Source of the DNA: Marispirochaeta sp.
Lineage (GTDB): Bacteria; Spirochaetota; Spirochaetia; JC444; Marispirochaetaceae
Reading direction: 5' to 3'
Assembly: GCA_963676835.2 (NCBI GenBank)
Contig: CAXXFF010000002.1
Coordinates: forward strand, 160,001-224,000
Length of the DNA stretch: 64,000 nucleotides
Position 1 is the first letter of the stretch. The number at the start of each line of letters is the position of its first letter. The notes below the pieces were generated by a model, which saw only the letters and a program-made list of their open reading frames with translations, was not told the DNA's origin and did not search any database. This document shows, in pieces, positions 57,261 through 64,000 of this stretch. A program made the translations under genes and the position numbers.

Positions 57261-58724
57261 TTAAGCATCAGGAAAGTCAGTTAGTACGGGATATGTAAGA
57301 TCTTCTGTAGGATCAGAGGTGTAATCACCATAGTTATGATTGTATACTGTCTGGATCAAAGTATTCACCGTATCTATCGAATTTTTAACCGTGCTGTCCA
57401 GATTCATGGACTGGCCGGGATAGGCAGGATTTTCTGAGGTGGTTTCCAGCACTGTCAATTCCGTTGCAGTAAACGCTGAATCTATGTCAGCTGTTGGATC
57501 CCAGATTGAAAGATCGGAATCAACAATGACATCACTGACATCGACATCAGTTCCACTATCATAATCCCCCTGGGTTCCTGACACCAGATCATCAAGCCAA
57601 TACATGCTTGGATTTGTAATATCATCGGTATGCAGCTCGTATCCTGAAGGTGCACTCAAAACAGATATGGGATAATGATTGGTCATGTAGCAGTTAGCCT
57701 CAAATAAATCCAGTGTATCTCCGCTTCCGCTGGTTGAACCTGTTCCCGATTTCAATATACTGCCATCCCAACCGAAATACTCAACCAGCATCTGATCTAC
57801 ACTGCCGTCATCGGCAGTCTTGTAGAGTCCGTAACCGCCGGCATTTCCATCTCCCACAAGAATAGTAACCCAGTGAGAATCACTGTCCGAAACCGCAGGG
57901 GATTCATATCCGTGGTGCACGTTGTAGAATTCAATACCCGAGAGACTTCCACCCTGAACATCAATATCACAGTAGGTATAATCAAATTCCCCGGTGGTCA
58001 TGCCCCGGACGAAATCATAGTTGAACATGATCTCGGAAACCCCTGTGGAGGAATTATAGCTTACGTAGCCGGAATTGAGAAAAACATCTGGATTGCTGTA
58101 TGTTTCCAAGCCGGTATAGGCTTCATAACGGGTAAAACCCGTTGTGTCACTGTCCCGGTAGGCAGAGATCATTGCATATGAGTAGGCAGACATTTCTGCC
58201 ATATCCACGGTCCAGTAGAGGGTAATGTTGTTTCCGCTGGTAATAACTCGGACACTGCCCATGTCTCTTCCCGCTTCTCCGGCAATACTAAGCCATGTGT
58301 CTCCCTCAAAATCAACATCCCCCACATCATATACGCCATCGGTAATCTCTGAGCCTACCCATTCCGGGAGTTTTTTTGCCCAGGTTATGGTTTTATATGC
58401 CATATGATTCAGATAATCGGGAGTGCCGTAGTCTGCGGCAAGCTTCAATGCTGTTTCATACCCAGGCCCGACGATGGGGTCTCCTCCAGTTACAGGGCTA
58501 ACTATCTGGTTAGCAATACTCATGGCAGAAGTAAAGCCATCCGCGTTGTCCATTCCCGGCATTACGATAGCAGGATATGCGAGCTCGCTTAAGGCGGTAT
58601 TCATGGAAACCGAGGAAGGTGCCCCGCCACCGGATGCACCGGATGCGGCACATCCCGAAAGGAGGAATAATACAACACTGAAAATGGTAATAATCCAGCA
58701 AATTCCTTTTCTACATTTGTCCAC
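57261..58724 (-). CDS. Orphan acidic lipoprotein
   Basis: GTG start with GAGG RBS; lipobox LSGC; Gly/Ser linker; Asp/Tyr/Thr-rich. Confidence 0.78.
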   Translation of the reverse strand: MDKCRKGICWIITIFSVVLFLLSGCAASGASGGGAPSSVSMNTALSELAYPAIVMPGMDNADGFTSAMSIANQIVSPVTGGDPIVGPGYETALKLAADYGTPDYLNHMAYKTITWAKKLPEWVGSEITDGVYDVGDVDFEGDTWLSIAGEAGRDMGSVRVITSGNNITLYWTVDMAEMSAYSYAMISAYRDSDTTGFTRYEAYTGLETYSNPDVFLNSGYVSYNSSTGVSEIMFNYDFVRGMTTGEFDYTYCDIDVQGGSLSGIEFYNVHHGYESPAVSDSDSHWVTILVGDGNAGGYGLYKTADDGSVDQMLVEYFGWDGSILKSGTGSTSGSGDTLDLFEANCYMTNHYPISVLSAPSGYELHTDDITNPSMYWLDDLVSGTQGDYDSGTDVDVSDVIVDSDLSIWDPTADIDSAFTATELTVLETTSENPAYPGQSMNLDSTVKNSIDTVNTLIQTVYNHNYGDYTSDPTEDLTYPVLTDFPDA

Positions 58725-58826
58725 AGAGACCTCTTAATAATCTGTATTTTGAGTAATTCTATATGCAAAATTATCTATCTGTAAAGTTTTTTTACAATTA
58801 GAATTTTAAAAAACCATACAGTGAAT

Positions 58827-58972
58827 CCGCTGAATCCGACCCTCACCCCGGCCCTCCCAGAGGGCGAGGGAGACTATAATACTCGTCTTTCTCCCCCTCG
58901 CCCTTCGTGAGAAAGGCCCGGGGGGTGAGGGCCCAAAAAAGCCCCCGGCGTCAACCGGAGGCGTATAAACAG
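58827..58972. repeat. Direct repeat copy 2: palindromic element plus htpG terminator
   Basis: Same layout as 57088-57238; nested CCCTCGCCCT/AGGGCGAGGG hairpin; terminator at about 58935-58961. Confidence 0.9.
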
Positions 58973-59001
58973 AATATAAAAACAATATAAAAGGGAAGCT
59001 T

Positions 59002-60879
59002 TTACAGCGCCATGCCCATAATGCGGTTCAGCCGCTTTACAAACTCAGCAGGATGCTTCAGCTCGGCACCTTCAATCATCATTGCCTGCTCAAGCAGCAG
59101 GGTGGCAACATCTTCCACCAGGGCTTTGTCGTCTTTCTTGCCCTCAAGCTTTTTAACGATTTCGTGGTCCGGGTTAATTTCCAGAATCGGCTTGATCTCC
59201 GGAAGCTCCGTCTGGCCCATGGCCTTGAGCATCTGCTGCATCTGCATGGAGGGGTCATCCTCGTCGGCGATGATACAGGAAGGAGAATCAGAGAGACGGC
59301 TGGATGCAACAACATCCTTAACCCGGTCGCCCAGGGCATCCTTGATCTTCTTGATCAGGGGCTTAATCTCTTTCTCTTTCTTCTTGTCCTCGTCGGTCTT
59401 GAGGTCGTCCGCGGATCCGCTCTTGTTCACCGCTTTAAGATCAACATCCTCGTACTTTCCGATGGAAGGCACGACAATCTCGTCAATCTCATCGTCCATA
59501 ATCAGGACTTCAATGCCCTTGGACTTGTAGGCCTCAAGAAGAGGTGAGTTTCTTAAGGTCTCTTCCTTCTCTCCGGTAATGTAGTAGATGCCCTTCTGGT
59601 CTTCCTTCATCCGTTCCTTGTAGGCCGCAAGGCTGGTATAACCTTCAACCTCGGTGGATTTGAAGCGCACCAGTTCAAGCAGGGTCTCCCGGTTGGCAAA
59701 ATCAGAGTAGAGACCTTCCTTCAGAGGGCGGTTGAACTGCTCCACAAACTCCTTCCAGAGTTCCGCGTTGTTCTCCGCAACCTTTTTAAACTCACTGAGG
59801 ATTTTTTTGGTAGAGGCGGAGGTAATGTTTGAAAGAACCCGGTTCTGCTGCAGAATCTCCCGGCTTACATTCAGGGGAAGGTCTTCGGAGTCGATAATAC
59901 CCCGGACAAAACGCAGGTAGGTGGGCAGAAGCTCTTTAGAATCGTCGGTAATAAAAACCCGTCTTACATAAAGCTTAACCCCGGGCTTATAATCCGCCTG
60001 GAACATGTCAAAAGGAGCCTTCTTCGGAATATAGAACAGGGTTGTATATTCCTGTGTTCCCTCAGCCTGGGTGTGAAGCCAGAAAAGGGGATCATCATAG
60101 TCGTGACCTATGGTCTTGTAGAACTCTTTGTAGTCATCATCGGAAAGTTCGCTCTTGGAGCGTTTCCACATGGCCGACGCGGAGTTGATCTGATCGGTTT
60201 TCTGCTCTTTCTTCTCCTTGCGGTCATCGCCTTCACCTTCGTACTCGGTTGCTTCGTAATGAAGGTAAATGGGGAAGGCCACATGGTTGGAGTATTTTTT
60301 AATAACCTGTTCAATCTGCCAGCGGCTGGCGTACTCCTTGCCTTCGTCGTTCAGATGCAGGGTAATGGTGGTTCCGTAGGAGTCCCGGGAAGCTTCGCTG
60401 ATTTCGTAGTCGCCCTTTCCATCACTTACCCATTTATAGGCTTTTTCATCCCCGGCTTTGCGGGAAATTACATCAACAGTATCTGCAACCATAAAGGAAG
60501 CATAGAAACCGACTCCAAACTGTCCAATCAGGTTGGAATCCTTCTTCGCGTCTCCCGTAAGCTGTCCCAGAAAATTCTTGGTTCCGGAACGGGCAATGGT
60601 ACCGAGGTTTTCAACCAGATCTTCCTCGTTCATTCCGATGCCGCTGTCGCTGATGGTAAGAGTGGGCTTATCCCCTTCCACAAACTGGATATCCACCCTG
60701 GGATCAAACTGCAGGGATTTGTACTCATCCTGAGTAAGGGTAAGATACTTCAGTTTGTCCAGAGCATCTGAAGCGTTGGAAATAAGCTCCCGTAAAAATA
60801 TTTCCTTGTGGGAATAGAGTGAATGGATAATAAGGTGCAGAAGCTGGGATACTTCCGTCTGAAATTGATGCTTTGACAT
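59002..60879 (-). CDS. htpG: Chaperone HtpG (Hsp90)
   Basis: YSHKEIFLRELISNASDA, LGTIARSGT, IGQFGVGFY, DSEDLPLNVSRE. Confidence 0.97.
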   Translation of the reverse strand: MSKHQFQTEVSQLLHLIIHSLYSHKEIFLRELISNASDALDKLKYLTLTQDEYKSLQFDPRVDIQFVEGDKPTLTISDSGIGMNEEDLVENLGTIARSGTKNFLGQLTGDAKKDSNLIGQFGVGFYASFMVADTVDVISRKAGDEKAYKWVSDGKGDYEISEASRDSYGTTITLHLNDEGKEYASRWQIEQVIKKYSNHVAFPIYLHYEATEYEGEGDDRKEKKEQKTDQINSASAMWKRSKSELSDDDYKEFYKTIGHDYDDPLFWLHTQAEGTQEYTTLFYIPKKAPFDMFQADYKPGVKLYVRRVFITDDSKELLPTYLRFVRGIIDSEDLPLNVSREILQQNRVLSNITSASTKKILSEFKKVAENNAELWKEFVEQFNRPLKEGLYSDFANRETLLELVRFKSTEVEGYTSLAAYKERMKEDQKGIYYITGEKEETLRNSPLLEAYKSKGIEVLIMDDEIDEIVVPSIGKYEDVDLKAVNKSGSADDLKTDEDKKKEKEIKPLIKKIKDALGDRVKDVVASSRLSDSPSCIIADEDDPSMQMQQMLKAMGQTELPEIKPILEINPDHEIVKKLEGKKDDKALVEDVATLLLEQAMMIEGAELKHPAEFVKRLNRIMGMAL

Positions 60880-60931
60880 TTCGGCTGTCTCCTCTTAAAC
60901 GTGATATTTGTATTAATTCCGGTGTAGCGGA

Positions 60932-60960
60932 AATATACTAGGAGAGCGCTAAAATATCAA
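60932..60960 (-). promoter_or_regulatory. Putative sigma70 promoter of htpG
   Basis: Minus strand TTGATA-N17-TATATT. Confidence 0.55.
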
Positions 60961-61052
60961 GAAAATTGAAAGCTGAGGGGCGACTGTGTTATACTTTCTC
61001 TATAAGACCCTTGCTATACTTCCATCTGGCAAAAATTTACTCACGAGGCGAT

Positions 61053-63629
61053 ATGATGAAAAAAACAGGTCCGGCCCTTATTCCAACGCTTTTTCTGTTG
61101 GCTGCCCTCTCTCTAACAGGCTGCGGCGAGAAACAGGCTGCCGCACCGGTTCCCGTGCCGGAACCTGTGGTCGAGGCGGTGGAATTGCCTCCGGTGGAAG
61201 CTCCGGCTCTGGATGAGGGTCTTATTGCCTATGTCAGCGGTATTGTAGATATATCCGACGGCAGCGACTGGTTCCCCGCGGAAATCGGCGACATGATAAC
61301 CATAGCAGATACGATAAAAACCGGAGCCGATTCAAGCTGCGAAATTCAGTTTGGAACCACGGCGGTTATTCACCTGAAAGAAAATACCGAAATCTCCGTA
61401 AGCAGAATCTCCCTTACCCCGGAGTCAAATAAAGTCGGGCTGGATATGGTTGCAGGTTCAGTTCTGGCAAAGGTTCAGAAACTTGCAGAAAAAGACAGCT
61501 TCAGCGTTCGCACTTCCAACACTGTCTGTGGTGTCCGGGGAACTGAATTCAGCGTAAGCGAAGAACCCGGACAGCAAACAGTACTGGCCGTAAAGGAAGG
61601 AAGCATTGCAGTACTGCCTCCCGAGCTCGATGTTGAGGCATTGAAGGAACAGGTTGCCGGCAAGGGAGAAACAGCCCAGGCGGTAATCGACCAGATTCTT
61701 GCAGAAGCCCCCAGGGTGGAAGCAAACCAGGAGATGGCCCTTACCGAAGAGTATCTGGAAGAGACCAGGGAGATTACAGAAACCGTTACAAAGGCGGTTA
61801 CAGAAATTGCCGAAGCAAAAGACGCTGCTGAGGCGGAAGCAAAAACAGAGCAGTTAGCGGCAGCCACCATTGCCTCCACCAAAGACCTTGCCATAAAAAC
61901 TGCTCCGGCGGCGGCAATTTCCGCGGAGAAAGCTGAAGCCCTGAAGCAGACAGATAAAATGAAGATTCTCGATATCCCTGTGGCGGCAAGCAGAGAAGAT
62001 AAAGCCACCCAGCCTCAGATTCAGCTGTATAAAGTGGGTATAAAAGTTCAGCCTGCAGATGCACGTATTGTCCTGAACGGCGAGTCTACGGCTAGGGGAA
62101 ACTTTTCAGCCCTCTACGAGGCAGGAACAAATCTCTCTTTCAGCATAGAACGGGAAGGATACGCTCCCTATAATCTGCCGGTGTCCGTGAGCCCCGAGGA
62201 TGCAAAGCTCTATACCATACAGCTTGCCGCCCTGGTTATTGAACAGAAACCTGCGGAGTCAGCTCCGGAAACAACAGCGCCAGAAGAAGTTCCGGAAGCA
62301 GCGGGAGAGAAATCCCCTGCCATTGAGAAAACAGTTGAAACTACATCTGAGACAGCCGAGCCCGTAGCGGAAGCAGCTCAACCTGAGGCTGCTGTAGCAG
62401 AAGAGGCGGAGATTGAAGAAGCTCCTAAAAGAGTCCCGGTTAGAATAAGCGCTCTTCCCGCTGACGCATCCATTATCATCAACGGAGCCGCAGCACAGAC
62501 AGGCAGTTTTGAAACAGAAGCCCTTCCAGGGACCGAACTGTCCGTTAAAATAAGCAGGCGTGGCTTCGAGGATCAAACCCTGCAGTTAACCACCGGCGAA
62601 ACAGCACTGGATCAGGAAGTACGCTTAAAGGGAAAACCTCTTATCTTCAGCCAGTCTGCAGGAAGAGAGACTATCCGGGGTATTGCCGCAGGCGGAACTA
62701 TAATTGTAGCTTCCGATGCAGCAGGGACCCTGTCCGCTGCGGACTTGACGGGCAGAAAACTCTGGACACTAGAGACCCCAAACAAGCCCAATGAGAATTC
62801 CGCCCCGGTCATTATTCAGGGAAAGGCCTATTTCTCCGGCTCAAAAGCCCTAATCGTCGCCGATCTTGCTTCGGGCAATACGGTTCAGTCTGTTGAACTG
62901 GACGGAAACCGGTCCCACGTTTTCGGACGGAAGGTTGCTGAATTCAACCGCCAGGTTCTTTACCCATCAAATAGTGCTCTGGAGTTATTCAGCCCCTCCA
63001 GCGGCAGCTTCAGCTCTTTTGCAGCGATTCCCGGAGAGGGATCAAAAATGTCTCCAGGAATCTATCAGGGCAGCGTACTTATCGCCGATCAGGAAGGGAA
63101 TTTTCTGATTATCAAGGACGGAACTGTCCAGGCAAGCATAGCCACCGATGCGGTTATGCCCGTGGCTCTGGCTGTTTCGGTTAAAGGGAACAAGGCAGTA
63201 TTTTCAGGCAGAAAAGGCAATGTGGTCTGCATCGATCTCTCTTCTCAATCGGTTCTCTGGCAGCAGAAAATCAGCGATGAGAATGTTTCGGTCACTGCAG
63301 ACATAGCCCTAGGCAGCCGGGGTGCATATATCTTCGGACGGGATGGTGCGATCTATGGATTGAACCTTAATGACGGCAGCAGCCTCTTTGCTCCTATCCG
63401 GGGAGCATCCGCACCGCCGCTGTATCTTCCAGGAAAAGACCAGATTGTCTATGGAACGGGGGACAACAAGCTAATCTTCGCGGCAGCTGCCACGGGAAAG
63501 ACAATAAAGAGCCTTGCCATACAGAGTACCGTAAGCAGCAGACCGGCACTGATTCCCGGCGACAGTTTAATCGCTGTGGGCACCAGGCAGGGACAGCTGC
63601 TGCTCATCGAGCCCGCCGGCATCCAGTAG
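61053..63629 (+). CDS. Lipoprotein with FecR-like domain, two PEGA-like domains and C-terminal PQQ/BamB-like beta-propeller
   Basis: Start taken at ATG 61053 (GAGG RBS); lipobox LTGC; IKTG.DS..EI.F and GVRGTEF; P.DA.I..NG...GY/GF repeats; propeller repeats. Confidence 0.8.
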   Translation: MMKKTGPALIPTLFLLAALSLTGCGEKQAAAPVPVPEPVVEAVELPPVEAPALDEGLIAYVSGIVDISDGSDWFPAEIGDMITIADTIKTGADSSCEIQFGTTAVIHLKENTEISVSRISLTPESNKVGLDMVAGSVLAKVQKLAEKDSFSVRTSNTVCGVRGTEFSVSEEPGQQTVLAVKEGSIAVLPPELDVEALKEQVAGKGETAQAVIDQILAEAPRVEANQEMALTEEYLEETREITETVTKAVTEIAEAKDAAEAEAKTEQLAAATIASTKDLAIKTAPAAAISAEKAEALKQTDKMKILDIPVAASREDKATQPQIQLYKVGIKVQPADARIVLNGESTARGNFSALYEAGTNLSFSIEREGYAPYNLPVSVSPEDAKLYTIQLAALVIEQKPAESAPETTAPEEVPEAAGEKSPAIEKTVETTSETAEPVAEAAQPEAAVAEEAEIEEAPKRVPVRISALPADASIIINGAAAQTGSFETEALPGTELSVKISRRGFEDQTLQLTTGETALDQEVRLKGKPLIFSQSAGRETIRGIAAGGTIIVASDAAGTLSAADLTGRKLWTLETPNKPNENSAPVIIQGKAYFSGSKALIVADLASGNTVQSVELDGNRSHVFGRKVAEFNRQVLYPSNSALELFSPSSGSFSSFAAIPGEGSKMSPGIYQGSVLIADQEGNFLIIKDGTVQASIATDAVMPVALAVSVKGNKAVFSGRKGNVVCIDLSSQSVLWQQKISDENVSVTADIALGSRGAYIFGRDGAIYGLNLNDGSSLFAPIRGASAPPLYLPGKDQIVYGTGDNKLIFAAAATGKTIKSLAIQSTVSSRPALIPGDSLIAVGTRQGQLLLIEPAGIQ

Positions 63630-63656
63630 GGCCTGCCGGTACGATATAAGTTATAC

Positions 63657-64000
63657 GTGGATATACCCTTAGAGTCTGCCAGTGCCGAGCTGGAAATAGA
63701 AAAATCACGCTTTATTGCCGCCGCCTCCATGGTTGAAACCGAGGAGGCGGCTCAGGCCATTGTTAAAAAGACACGAGAAGAACACCCCAAGAGCCGCCAT
63801 GTAGTTTGGGCCTATGTAATCGGCGATGAGAAACGCCAGTACCTGGGCATGTCCGACGATGGTGAGCCCAAGGGAACCGCCGGGCGGCCCGCCCTGTCAG
63901 CCCTGCAGTACAGCGGGCTTACCAACATTCTGGTTACTGTGGTGCGCTACTTCGGCGGTGTTAAGTTGGGGACAGGTGGGCTGGTTCGGGCTTATACTGA
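63657..64000 (+). CDS. yigZ: YigZ/IMPACT family protein, 5' part (runs off right edge)
   Basis: Manual translation from GTG 63657: EIEKSRFIA...HVVWAY...SDDGEPKGTAGRP...VVRYFGGVKLGTGGLVRAY. Confidence 0.92.
   Translation, partial: MDIPLESASAELEIEKSRFIAAASMVETEEAAQAIVKKTREEHPKSRHVVWAYVIGDEKRQYLGMSDDGEPKGTAGRPALSALQYSGLTNILVTVVRYFGGVKLGTGGLVRAYT

Noticed and set aside
60924..60952. CIRCE-like GAGCGCTAA in the htpG promoter spacer
   Set aside because: Only one half-site; no matching arm at the 9-nt spacing

Overview
Gene-dense bacterial chromosome segment. It is probably from a free-living anaerobic spirochete (Spirochaetales-like). That is inferred from the HtpG/GroEL style, the many lipoproteins, a 7TM hybrid kinase and a giant FlgD-Ig-tailed protein; no search was run. 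Left to right: (i) a sulfur-handling locus (partial YeeE/YedE transporter, CoA-disulfide reductase-rhodanese fusion, two tandem-rhodanese lipoproteins); (ii) an MFS transporter, groESL behind a perfect sigma54 -24/-12 box, and ferritin; (iii) c-di-GMP enzymes around a catalytically eroded transaldolase-like gene, then add, a hybrid kinase, a rhomboid protease, rlmE and an NlpC/P60 lipoprotein; (iv) a four-gene kinase/PP2C/STAS signalling operon, apbE and a Gammaproteobacteria-like topA; (v) an M23 peptidase, patB, galU, a 7/11 coiled-coil repeat protein and a GT2; (vi) a 13.7-kb gene for a 4564-aa secreted beta-helix adhesin-like protein with a mosaic 2.91-kb internal tandem duplication and a T9SS-CTD-like FlgD-Ig tail; (vii) aroA, ltaE, an accessory patch (Uma2, hicAB, and an orphan lipoprotein gene bracketed by ~150-bp direct repeats that copy the htpG terminator region), htpG, a FecR-PEGA-propeller lipoprotein and partial yigZ. 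I saw no tRNA, rRNA, CRISPR array, transposase, integrase or reverse transcriptase. All family calls come from motif recognition by eye.
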